Notes: generated from the letters alone by a model not told the origin. A stretch of DNA of 64,000 nt from an uncultured virus (IMG/VR IMGVR_UViG_3300042447_001246) (IMGVR_UViG_3300042447_001246), one strand, 5' to 3'. Shown: positions 37,445 through 46,735, counted from the stretch's first letter. Made by a program: numbers and translations.

Positions 37445-38485
37445 CTAGATACATATAAAACCGTCCTTAAACCCGCCGCAACCAGCTGGAGGGCAACATG
37501 GTCCAATTCCTGGACAGTCAGGGCATGCGAAGGTCGGGAAGAACGGGAAGAACGGGAAGAACGGGAAGAACGGGAAGAACGGCGGCGCTGGGTTGGTGGT
37601 TTCTGATATGTAGATAGCGTCAGAGTTTGCCCACCCTGGTTTTGAAACATATACATATGTGTATCTAGTTGTGTCATAACCAAGACCAAACCATCCATGA
37701 CAACTTCCAGATTGGTCGTTTGGCGCGTCAACATTGAATCCGTAGTAATTGTACGTAGCGGTTCCACCGTTGCCAGGTTGCTCTAGGCCATCAGTGAAGT
37801 AGTTGGTGTAACACCATGGAATTGAACTTTCCGTCTCTGCAATATCTCCAATAATCGGAGTTGGAACCTTGCCGAACAACGGAGTGATTGAGCTAGACGC
37901 AGTCGAGTAGCTTCCAGTCCCAATTCCGTTTATTGCATTCACTCTGAATACATATGCAGTTCCGTTTGTCAAACCGGTAACCGTCACGGAAGTTGCTGTC
38001 GACGCGGCACGGCTGAACGTCGTCCATGTCGAACCACTGTCTGACGAGTATTGAACTGTGTAGTCAGTAATCGAAGAGCCAACAGAGGCTGGCGCAATCC
38101 AGGCTACAGAAGCCGTTGTATTTCCATAAGTGCTTGGAAGAGTTACTGTTGGTGTTGCTGGAGCGGAAGGTGCAGAACCAAGAACAAGTGGACTAGAAGA
38201 TGCTGACGCCACTGATTCAGTAGCACTTGTTGACTCAATCGCAACAGCAGAGAATGTGTAAGTTTCTCCCGGGGTGAGTCCGGCCAGCATGGATACCGTT
38301 GTGGAACTAGTTGTTGCAGTTACTCCATTGCTCGCAGTTACGCGATATGTAACTATTCCAGACTTGCCCTTATATCCAGTATGGGTGATTGTTATGTCTG
38401 CTGTTCCGCCAGCACCTACAACACTAGTTACTTCGCTTGGTGGGTCGATAAACTTCCCACCACTTGCCTGATTGCCAGGAATCAT
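37445..38485 (-). CDS. FN3-repeat virion protein with (PFF)5 linker and 6-Cys tail (paralogue C)
   Basis: FN3 'ITDYTVQYS...TSVTVTGLTNGTAYVFRVNAIN'. Ends PAPPFFPFFPFFPFFPFFPTFACPDCPGIGPCCPPAGCGGFKDGFICI. Confidence 0.8.
   Translation of the reverse strand: MIPGNQASGGKFIDPPSEVTSVVGAGGTADITITHTGYKGKSGIVTYRVTASNGVTATTSSTTVSMLAGLTPGETYTFSAVAIESTSATESVASASSSPLVLGSAPSAPATPTVTLPSTYGNTTASVAWIAPASVGSSITDYTVQYSSDSGSTWTTFSRAASTATSVTVTGLTNGTAYVFRVNAINGIGTGSYSTASSSITPLFGKVPTPIIGDIAETESSIPWCYTNYFTDGLEQPGNGGTATYNYYGFNVDAPNDQSGSCHGWFGLGYDTTRYTYVYVSKPGWANSDAIYISETTNPAPPFFPFFPFFPFFPFFPTFACPDCPGIGPCCPPAGCGGFKDGFICI
37535..37579 (-). repeat. Perfect 9-bp tandem repeat x5 (CGGGAAGAA on +, encodes FFP on -)
   Basis: Five identical copies read directly from the sequence. 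Confidence 0.95.
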
Positions 38486-41400
38486 GACGCCGCCAAGTCA
38501 CCTATAACAAACCATTCGTTTGCATTTTCTGTTTTGACCAATGTGCAAGATGAATAGCGTGCTCTTAGATAAACACCAGGTGTTGCAAGAAGTGTCACTC
38601 CAGAGCCAGCAAGTATTCTTGTTTTACCGGTTCCTCTTTGAACAACGGTAATGCTTGTGCCAGTACCGAACGCAACAACTGAAGCGCTTGGAACAGTCAA
38701 GTCATTAGCAGAGCTCGAGTCCATAATGATGATTGTCTCTGCGGCATCTCCGGAAGCGAGCGTATAGTTGCCGGCCTTTGCACTGAGTGATTGAACACCC
38801 GTTGTTGAAACCGAAGCAGTAGAGCCTTCGCCCTGAGTGTGAGAGATAGCGATTCCAGTTCCAGCAGATACGTTGAGCATGTAGTCACCGACGGTATCTG
38901 TGCCAAGATTAATTGAATCGTTAACCCATACGGTTGATGCACTGTTGTAGCGCAAGAATTGACCGTCAGACACTCCATTGATTTTTACGTTGTGGAGTTC
39001 TTCTATCTCGTAACCGTTTTGACACTTGACATACATGATACCGTTTCCGGAGTTTGCCCTGGCCACCACTCCAACAAACACGGTATGAGCAGGAGCAACT
39101 GGCTTCGTTACGGTGAACGTTCCGGGAGTTGAACCCAGCCAGAGTGCGTCACCAGCAGTGTATGAACCCAATGCGATTCCACTTACATATCCAAGCGTTG
39201 TAACTGTTACATTTGCGCCTGAATCCGCGCCAACAGAAACAACACCGACAGTTTTGGATGATGTTGCCTCTGATGAATTAGATGCCCTCTTTACTGAAGC
39301 CAAGTCCCCAGCAGCACCAAATAGGTAAACAACTTCTCCAACGCTAAGTGCGTTTGCTTCGGCATTTCTTGCATACGTTACCGTAGAAGCAAATTCGTTG
39401 ACCCAGTTTGTTCCGTCATAAACAAGAGACTGACGATTAAGCGGACTTGTAATGACTGTATCGTTGAGACTGTCTTGACCTATTTCTGACAGAAGCAGAA
39501 CGTTGTTATAAGTAGTTCCGTCGTTGGTGAAGTCCCATCTATCTGCGGACTCGTTCCAGCGCATAACGACATTTGCGGAAGTTCCACGCTCTACTTCAAT
39601 TCCAGAGTTAAGTGTTGGTAACCCTGTGATTCCCGAATTCAAAACAACTATGTTGTCTTCGACTAATAACGTTTCGGTGTTTAATGTCGTGGTGGTTCCG
39701 TTTACAGTTAAGTCCCCACCGACAACGACATCACCAGATGTTTCAAGTCTTGCAAATGAAACAGACGAACTAGTTGCTACAGCTTGCCCAATTGCAATAG
39801 TTGCATTTGAGCCCTCACCTGGAGTATGTGTAATTGTTATGCCAGTGCCCTGGGTAAGGTCGGACATGTAGTTCCCGGTTGTGTCAGTTCCGAGCGCTAT
39901 GGAACCAGCAAGCGCCACAGTTCCATCTGCATTGGGGAGTGTGATTGTCCTATCTGCAGTTGGGTCTGTTGCAACAAGGAATGTTTCGTAGTCGTTTGCG
40001 GTGGCTCCTTCAAAGACAACTCCGCCACCCACAGTGACGCTTCCGGCAACAGTTAGATGGCCTGGGTCGGAAATAGAAGAAGATGCAAGAATTTCAGCTG
40101 AGCCCTGTATCTCTGTCTTGCCACCACCAGCGGCGGCGTTTGAAGTCACTCGCACGAACCTGGTTGCCTCGTGGCTTATTAATTCAACGGTGCCGGTGTT
40201 TGGTGCAATAAACCTTATTCCGCTAGCTGTTCCTGCATTATCAGCTAAAAGCGCAGTTCTTGCTCTTCCGTCAGTGAAGTATAAATTTGTAGTTCCCTCT
40301 GTTACGTTGTCAGAGTTTCCAGTTGTATCTGTCCCAAGCGCTACGGAGTTTGGCTGAATTGTTGCAGTTATACTTACATCAGACGAACCATTGAACGATA
40401 CAGAACCAGTAACATCTCCACCTAAAGAGATTGTTCGTGCATTTTCAAGAGTTGTAGCAGTAGAGGAATTACCGATTAATGGTGCAGTGACTGCTGCGAA
40501 CTGAACAGAAGATGAAGTTCCGACGGCCTGACCAATTGCCACGGTTGGGCTTGAGCCTTCACCAGGTGTATGAGTTATGGTGACACCAGTTCCAGCAGTC
40601 AGGTCGTTTACATAGTTTCCTGTTGTGTCGGTCCCAAGTGTAACGCTATTTGGTTGAATAGTCGTAGAAATATTTACGCTTGCAGAACTGTCAAATAAAA
40701 CAGAGCCAGACACATCTCCGCTTAATGCAATTATATGAGAACCGAGCAAATTTGAAACAGTGTCGTTGTACCAATCAAGACCATCAAATGCAAGAACGTC
40801 GCCAGTACTAGCTGTGCTGATGTATACGTTATTAAGCTCTTCGACTGTTGGGAATTCTGGTGTGAGCGTTACTTGAATCCAAGAACCTGAGTAATAGGTA
40901 TAAAGCTCAAGTTCGCTTGAGTTATACCAAAGGTCGCCGACTCTTATCTCGTCAGTAGGTTCCGTGTCCGAGACTGTAATGAAGTGGATTGTTTCGTTAA
41001 TCCAAGCAGAAGCAGAGTTCTTGTAAACAAGGAAATCTCCCTCTTCTACATCACTGATTGTTACGTCGCCAATGTCGTTTAGGCTGTTGATTGTCGGGAT
41101 TGATGCCCACTCGACTCCAGCGGATGCTGAGCTACTTGCTTTGAGGAAGTAGCCTTCTGCTCCAACACCCAAACGAAGAAGGTTGGTTCCATCAGTGACG
41201 AGTAAGTCACCTTTGGTGGTGAGTTTGCTTACAAGTTCATTGGCTTCATCTGCGTCGTTGGCGGTGAATACTGGGTAGATGACAGAGCCAATTTGGTGCT
41301 CTGAAGCGGTGGTGTCATCCTGAGCTCTAACGAGAGTGAGGGTTGAACCGGAAATCGTTGCCAGACACTTTTCTTCATAAATAGAAGATGGATTGATGAC

Positions 41401-41541
41401 AACATAAAAAGGGATACCAGCAATTGATGGCCAGCCAGTGGTTGCTGCAATGTCAACAGTTGTTCCGACATTCGTCAAGAGTGTCGTCGTTGTCGTATTG
41501 CGAGCCGCGCCCGAATATTGTTTACGTGTATATGCTGCCAT
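38482..41541 (-). CDS. Long tail fibre protein
   Basis: 1019 aa with recurring 'LGTDTTGNY..L..GTG.TITHTPGEGS..T.AIGQ' modules shared with 33210-36230. Its C-terminal domain is shared with 29338-30114. AGGAG RBS upstream. Confidence 0.75.
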   Translation of the reverse strand: MAAYTRKQYSGAARNTTTTTLLTNVGTTVDIAATTGWPSIAGIPFYVVINPSSIYEEKCLATISGSTLTLVRAQDDTTASEHQIGSVIYPVFTANDADEANELVSKLTTKGDLLVTDGTNLLRLGVGAEGYFLKASSSASAGVEWASIPTINSLNDIGDVTISDVEEGDFLVYKNSASAWINETIHFITVSDTEPTDEIRVGDLWYNSSELELYTYYSGSWIQVTLTPEFPTVEELNNVYISTASTGDVLAFDGLDWYNDTVSNLLGSHIIALSGDVSGSVLFDSSASVNISTTIQPNSVTLGTDTTGNYVNDLTAGTGVTITHTPGEGSSPTVAIGQAVGTSSSVQFAAVTAPLIGNSSTATTLENARTISLGGDVTGSVSFNGSSDVSITATIQPNSVALGTDTTGNSDNVTEGTTNLYFTDGRARTALLADNAGTASGIRFIAPNTGTVELISHEATRFVRVTSNAAAGGGKTEIQGSAEILASSSISDPGHLTVAGSVTVGGGVVFEGATANDYETFLVATDPTADRTITLPNADGTVALAGSIALGTDTTGNYMSDLTQGTGITITHTPGEGSNATIAIGQAVATSSSVSFARLETSGDVVVGGDLTVNGTTTTLNTETLLVEDNIVVLNSGITGLPTLNSGIEVERGTSANVVMRWNESADRWDFTNDGTTYNNVLLLSEIGQDSLNDTVITSPLNRQSLVYDGTNWVNEFASTVTYARNAEANALSVGEVVYLFGAAGDLASVKRASNSSEATSSKTVGVVSVGADSGANVTVTTLGYVSGIALGSYTAGDALWLGSTPGTFTVTKPVAPAHTVFVGVVARANSGNGIMYVKCQNGYEIEELHNVKINGVSDGQFLRYNSASTVWVNDSINLGTDTVGDYMLNVSAGTGIAISHTQGEGSTASVSTTGVQSLSAKAGNYTLASGDAAETIIIMDSSSANDLTVPSASVVAFGTGTSITVVQRGTGKTRILAGSGVTLLATPGVYLRARYSSCTLVKTENANEWFVIGDLAAS

Positions 41542-41564
41542 GATTACTCCTAGTTTACTTCATC

Positions 41565-43976
41565 TCAACTAACAAGGGCCTGAATACCCCAGTACCCAGC
41601 AGTAATGCCTGATACTGGGTCTTGGTCATAAGTTGCAAATCCTCCGGATATACCAGTTCCACTTGCGGTTCTAGGCGCAGTGTGCAGACCAACTGCAGTA
41701 TCTCCTGCAGTAGCTCCGCCGGTACCAGTTGCTGTAAGTGGAGTTGTTATTAGTTGAGTTGTTGACTGCGAACTTTGACCATGTGCTGATGCTGTTCTTA
41801 GGATTGTCAGCAATTGAACTAATGATGATGAACCATTTCCATTTCCATTTGCAGCTCTTGGTGCTGTGTGCAGACCTATCGCTATGTCCCCAACGGTTGC
41901 GCCACCAGAAGCAGTTGCTGAACGCAAATTGCCATGAAGGGTTAGGTTGCTAGAGCCGCTAGTTCCTGTTCCAGTTGCGGTTCTTGGTGCTGTGTGCAAT
42001 CCGACAGCAGTATCTCCTGCCGTAGCTCCGCCTGATGCAGTTGCCCCTCTCGGTGAAGTGTGCTTTCCGATTGCTGTTTGTGTCGCTGTTCCAGAAGATA
42101 TTGATGTTCTATAAAGAATCTTGAATTCGTTAGTGCTTTGGCTTCCAGTTCCAGAACCAGTTGCACTTCTAGGAGCGATATGTAGACAAATCGCTTCATC
42201 TCCAGCTGTCGCTCCACCAGATGCAGTTGCGGAGCGGAGATTACTGTGAAGAGTCGTATTGCTTGACCCACCAGTTCCAAAACCTGATGCAGTGCGTGGA
42301 GCAGTATGCAATCCGATTGCAGTATCGCCAGCAGTCGCAGAGCCAGAGCCATATCCGGTTCGTAGATTCGAGTACAGAATTGTGTTATTCGAAGTTCCAG
42401 CACCAGAACCAGAAGCAGTTCTAATGAATGTTGTAATAATCGATGCTGAAGAATCACCAGTTCCAGAACCGTTTGCATCTCGTGGTGCAGTATGCAAACC
42501 AGTTGAATCCTCTGAACCCTGACCGGACGCGCCTCCTGTTCTGATTGGAGTCTTAAATGATGCAGTACTTTCTGAACCGACTCCATCTCCACTGGCTGAA
42601 CGAGGTGCGGTATGGAGGCCAATCGCTTCGTCATTAACAGTTGCTCCACCATCACCGTATGCGGTTCTAATTTTTCCATATCTAAATGATGCAAGAGACC
42701 CAGACTGTCCTGATGCTGTTCCAGTTCTATAAACTGTGTGCAATTGCTCTGAAGTTGAAGAGCCGCTTCCATTAGCTGAAACAGTTCTAAAGAATGTGCT
42801 CTTTTCTTCAGATGTCTCTGAACCTGTTCCACTTGCAGATGCTGTTCTAAGCGAAGAGTGAAGAATCGTTGCTTCATCACCAGCTGTAGCCGAACCAGAA
42901 CCATATCCAGTTCTGATATTTGAATACAGAACAGAGTTATTTGATGAACCAGTGCCCGATGCAGATGCCGTTCTCGGATGAGTGAACAGCTGAGAAACTG
43001 ATGAATCTCCATCGCCAGAACCATTTGCTGTTCGTGGCGCTGTATGCAGACCATTTGAAGAATCAGAAGATTGTCCTGCTGCAGAACCTGTTCTGACTGG
43101 GGTCTTAAATGATGATGAACTTTCAGAACCGCTTCCAGAAGCACTTGCAGTTCTGAGACTTGAATGAAGGATTAATGCAGTGTCACCTGCAGTTGCGGAA
43201 CCTGAACCTTGAGCGGTTCTAAGGTTCGAATGAACGATTGAGTTGTTTGATGTTCCAGAACCACTAGCTGAAGCAGTTCTAAGATGCGTGTGAAGGGCGG
43301 AAACAAATGAATCGCCATTTCCTGAACCGGTAACACTTCTTGGTGAAATGATAAGTCGTGTTGCAGACTCGCTTGACGTTCCATCTGCAGTTGCTGTTCT
43401 TGGGGATGTGTGCAGTCCAGTTGCAGTTGAACCACTTGTTGCTGAACCGGAAGCAGAAACAACAGCTGTTCTAACTCTTGTTGATGATTCACTGGACTGA
43501 CCAGAACCAGTTGCCCCTCTAGGAGCTGTGTGAAGACCAATTGCTTCGTCACCAGCTGTCGCCCCACCTGATGCACTTGCAGCTCTAAGGAATGTTATTA
43601 CTTCACTTAGATTGCTTGAAGAGCCGGTTCCGCTTCCGCTTGCTGTTCTTGGCGAGATATGCAAGCCAGTTGCAGAGCTGTTTCCGGCTGCAGAAGCAGA
43701 GGCTTGTCTTGGTGAGACGTGTAGACCAATTGCTTCGTCTCCCGCAGTTGCAGAACCAGAGCCAGTGGCCCCTCGTGGAGAAATATGTACCGAGACAATA
43801 GCGTGGCTAGATGTAGCAGATGCTGAAGCGGTTCTTATCGCCGTATGAAGTTGCGATACGGACGAAGAACCGATTGCTGTAGCGGAGGCAGTCTCCGATA
43901 CTGTTTTAAATCCTACATAGAACGACGACGTCCCTCGGAACGGCTCCGAGAAACTAATTATCTCTTGTTCATCCAT
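41565..43976 (-). CDS. Ser/Gly/Ala/Thr-rich tandem-repeat protein (approx. 22-aa period), putative virion appendage
   Basis: More than 30 degenerate repeats of approximately 'AIGLHTAPRTA(S/T)GSG(S/G)ATAGD'. Confidence 0.75.
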   Translation of the reverse strand: MDEQEIISFSEPFRGTSSFYVGFKTVSETASATAIGSSSVSQLHTAIRTASASATSSHAIVSVHISPRGATGSGSATAGDEAIGLHVSPRQASASAAGNSSATGLHISPRTASGSGTGSSSNLSEVITFLRAASASGGATAGDEAIGLHTAPRGATGSGQSSESSTRVRTAVVSASGSATSGSTATGLHTSPRTATADGTSSESATRLIISPRSVTGSGNGDSFVSALHTHLRTASASGSGTSNNSIVHSNLRTAQGSGSATAGDTALILHSSLRTASASGSGSESSSSFKTPVRTGSAAGQSSDSSNGLHTAPRTANGSGDGDSSVSQLFTHPRTASASGTGSSNNSVLYSNIRTGYGSGSATAGDEATILHSSLRTASASGTGSETSEEKSTFFRTVSANGSGSSTSEQLHTVYRTGTASGQSGSLASFRYGKIRTAYGDGGATVNDEAIGLHTAPRSASGDGVGSESTASFKTPIRTGGASGQGSEDSTGLHTAPRDANGSGTGDSSASIITTFIRTASGSGAGTSNNTILYSNLRTGYGSGSATAGDTAIGLHTAPRTASGFGTGGSSNTTLHSNLRSATASGGATAGDEAICLHIAPRSATGSGTGSQSTNEFKILYRTSISSGTATQTAIGKHTSPRGATASGGATAGDTAVGLHTAPRTATGTGTSGSSNLTLHGNLRSATASGGATVGDIAIGLHTAPRAANGNGNGSSSLVQLLTILRTASAHGQSSQSTTQLITTPLTATGTGGATAGDTAVGLHTAPRTASGTGISGGFATYDQDPVSGITAGYWGIQALVS

Positions 43977-43998
43977 GAGGGGTCACTCCCCTTGTGGA

Positions 43999-44367
43999 TT
44001 AGTCGAGTGTTAGTGTAAGAGAAGTAATCTCGAAAGTGTCGCCTGCAGTAACTGAAGCGTTTGCAGAAAGAGCACCGTACCAGAGGCAGTTGCCAGCTGT
44101 TGAGTTGTCCCACATTGACCAGTGTGAGTATGTCTCTGTTGCAGCTACAAGTAACCACTCAACAGTTGCTGTTGAAGTCTTTGAACCGCCAGATGCAGCG
44201 CCAAAAGCGACAGCCTTTCGGTCTGTTTCTACTGCAGGGTTGCCGGTTCCATTTTCGCCCGGGTCCCCAAGATGAAGCTTGAGATAAGTAGCAGAAGCCG
44301 AGTATGCCGAACCCGAACCATCCAAGGTATCGAGTAGCTCGTTTTCTAAGTAGTTTGAAATTGTCAT
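43999..44367 (-). CDS. Small phage structural (fibre/decoration) protein
   Basis: 'ISNYLENELLD...YLKLH.GDPGE.G..R.AV.F.AAS.G..WD..T.GN.L..G.L......GD', a widespread phage structural motif set. Confidence 0.7.
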   Translation of the reverse strand: MTISNYLENELLDTLDGSGSAYSASATYLKLHLGDPGENGTGNPAVETDRKAVAFGAASGGSKTSTATVEWLLVAATETYSHWSMWDNSTAGNCLWYGALSANASVTAGDTFEITSLTLTLD

Positions 44368-44423
44368 GTGAATGATACCTTTTCGCTAGGGGCCGGTTAA
44401 TACCGCTTGCTAATAGAATACAC

Positions 44424-44858
44424 CTATGGAGTGAACTCTATTTGAACAGTTAGGTCCATTCCTGGATTTAATGAACCAACAGTGTCAATATCAACAGTTA
44501 TGTAGTCACCTGCAGAAAACTCTTTGATATTCGGTGTAGACGTTGACACAAGAGTTTGACCAGCAAAAATTTTGGGCCTGTTTGCTTGGGTGGTGAAAAC
44601 GGTTGTCCCATTTTTGTTCACATCTATGGTTATGTCCGCCCCTGTTGGCGCTGTACCAACAGATGCTCTGACGTTTCCGAGAGTAATTGGCCCCGGGATA
44701 TAGAACTTTGCCCTACCTGTTCCCACGCTCAGGGTTCCAGGAACGGTAAAAACCTGCACCTGGTAAGTGAACTGCTGAACCCCAGGAGCACGCGTAGTTG
44801 TAACGAGAACCCTGTTAGGGGTTTCTGTCGTAATTACTTGGACAACATTCTGCGTCAT
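44424..44858 (-). CDS. Structural protein (beta-sandwich)
   Basis: 'VRASVGTAPTGADITIDVNKNGT..F..GDYITVDIDTVGS..PG.DL.V'. Confidence 0.6.
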   Translation of the reverse strand: MTQNVVQVITTETPNRVLVTTTRAPGVQQFTYQVQVFTVPGTLSVGTGRAKFYIPGPITLGNVRASVGTAPTGADITIDVNKNGTTVFTTQANRPKIFAGQTLVSTSTPNIKEFSAGDYITVDIDTVGSLNPGMDLTVQIEFTP

Positions 44859-45283
44859 CGCGTCACCTCTTTGGAGAGGATAAAGTCACCCTCAAGAATT
44901 CTGTCTACTTCATTTGAGGGCGAGATTATCTCAATGTCATAAACGCCGGATGTTGATATCGCCCTGGTGTCCTCGGCCCGTATAAAAAGATTTATCGTTC
45001 CGTCATCTGGGTCTGCATTCCCAAGAATTATTCTAAATGTTGATATGTTCTCAGTTGTCAGGGTGGCAATTGGTGTTGCCGAATCAATGTACTTTCTAAC
45101 CTGCATTCTTGCTGTGTATCCAGTTAAGTCCCAAATCAGGAATTCTGGGCAAACTTCTGGGTCTTCGCAATTCCCTGGATAATCCGGGTTCGTGTACTGC
45201 AGGGTCAGTTGGAGGTCAAAAGTTGACCCTTGCTGACAAGTTATATTGTATTTTCCCGCAACCATTGACACGGTTTTCTCCAA
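44855..45283 (-). CDS. Ig-like virion adaptor protein (BppU-N-like)
   Basis: 'YNITCQQGSTF', 'DLTGYTARMQVR' and 'GVYDIEI...V.RILEG.F.LS.EVTR'. Confidence 0.65.
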   Translation of the reverse strand: MEKTVSMVAGKYNITCQQGSTFDLQLTLQYTNPDYPGNCEDPEVCPEFLIWDLTGYTARMQVRKYIDSATPIATLTTENISTFRIILGNADPDDGTINLFIRAEDTRAISTSGVYDIEIISPSNEVDRILEGDFILSKEVTR

Positions 45284-45338
45284 TCATTGACCTAGAAGAT
45301 TGTAGATTAGAACACGTCGACTTGGTCGGTAGTTAGCA

Positions 45339-45554
45339 TCAAATTGCTGAAGCAGAGTCCTTATTTGGTCCGACCTTCTTGAGACCCATTGACATTGCCA
45401 CTGAGAGAGCAACGGCTGTAACTCCAACTTTCAAATTGCTCTGGTTGACCAAACCATCAAAGTCGGCTCCAGTAGCAACCCATGCGGCAAGGTAGGCCTG
45501 AAGAAAAGTTCTGACTGCTCGCTCAACTGTGTCTTTAACAAATTTGCTTTCCAT
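45339..45554 (-). CDS. Holin, r1t-like
   Basis: 'FVKDTVERAVRTFLQAYLA' plus two hydrophobic segments. Start taken at MESKF. Confidence 0.7.
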   Translation of the reverse strand: MESKFVKDTVERAVRTFLQAYLAAWVATGADFDGLVNQSNLKVGVTAVALSVAMSMGLKKVGPNKDSASAI

Positions 45555-45637
45555 ATCTATCTCCTCAATCTTTCGGTATACCCAATTTACCACACCTGCC
45601 TACTCTGCAACTTTTTGGATTCTGCTAAAGTCTCGGC

Positions 45638-46735
45638 GTGGCTCCAAAAAAACGAAAACCAACAATCGGTTTCTTGACCAGCGACTGGTCATGGGGGACT
45701 GACCCACTTCAGCCAAACGGCTGTGCGTGGTATAGATGCAAACTGCCTTCTGACGAACTAAACAAAAGGGGCTGGTTCACTACCGTTGGTTTCCCTGGTT
45801 TCAATCCACAACGCGGATTTGGGATGGTTGTACCTGGAGACAAGGCTGTCCACGGCTGGGACATTATTGTTTTCAAGCTTTTAATGCAGCGTGCGGTTTT
45901 GGAGGCGATGCCGCGAGCCAAGGAGCTTGGTCAAAAAATAGTTGTCGACATAGATGACTGGTTCGATGGTTTGGCTGTAACCAATCGCGCACATGCAGCA
46001 ACTGACCCCAAAAACAATCCAGACAATAACCGTGAAATTTATGCTGAAATAATCATGCGGGCTGATGCGGTAATTACATCAACTCCGTTTCTTTTTGATT
46101 ATTACGCAAAGAAGCGCGACAACGTATTCCTGGTTAGAAATGGGATTGATATTAATAGGTGGAGACCACGAACCCCAAGAATGAACCATCGGTTAAAACT
46201 TGGCTGGGTTGGTGCGACCCCGTGGCGTTCCAACGACCTGGAGACACTTTCGCCGTTTTTAGGTAAATACCTAGTGAGCAGAAAGATGGGTTTTCATCAC
46301 TCTGGACACACATTAAACGGAGCTCCATTTGCCAATAAACAACTTGGGATACCAGACAACATAACAAGAACCTCTCCATTAGTTCCGATTATGTCTTATC
46401 CGAAACTGTTTGAGCCAATCGACATAGGGATGGTTCCACTTAGCAATGTCCCTTTTAATCATGCAAAGTCGTTCATTAAAGGTCTTGAGTACGCAGCTGC
46501 TGGGGTTCCCTTTATATCTTCTTACTCTCCTGAGTACAAATACCTAGCCGATAAGGGTATTGGCAGAGTTGCCTATACGGCAGATGACTGGATTTATCAT
46601 TTTGATGAATTGAGGATAACTCAAATCAGAAGAGATGAAATAGAGCACAATTTAGAGATGCTGAAGGATTTTACGATAGACAAAAGAGGTGAAGATTGGG
46701 ATGCCACTTTTAGGGTGATTTTGGAAAAAATATAG
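45638..46735 (+). CDS. Glycosyltransferase (GT-B/GT4-like)
   Basis: 'KIVVDIDD', 'ADAVITSTPFL', 'VRNGID' and 'DIGMVPL...FNHAKS.IKGLEYAAAGVPFISS'. Confidence 0.85.
   Translation: MAPKKRKPTIGFLTSDWSWGTDPLQPNGCAWYRCKLPSDELNKRGWFTTVGFPGFNPQRGFGMVVPGDKAVHGWDIIVFKLLMQRAVLEAMPRAKELGQKIVVDIDDWFDGLAVTNRAHAATDPKNNPDNNREIYAEIIMRADAVITSTPFLFDYYAKKRDNVFLVRNGIDINRWRPRTPRMNHRLKLGWVGATPWRSNDLETLSPFLGKYLVSRKMGFHHSGHTLNGAPFANKQLGIPDNITRTSPLVPIMSYPKLFEPIDIGMVPLSNVPFNHAKSFIKGLEYAAAGVPFISSYSPEYKYLADKGIGRVAYTADDWIYHFDELRITQIRRDEIEHNLEMLKDFTIDKRGEDWDATFRVILEKI

Noticed and set aside
41942..43576. 400-aa and 134-aa alternative-frame ORFs inside the repeat gene
   Set aside because: Same-strand off-frame read-through caused by the biased codon use of the G/S/A/T repeat. 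The L/Q/V/H-rich translation looks like a frame artefact.
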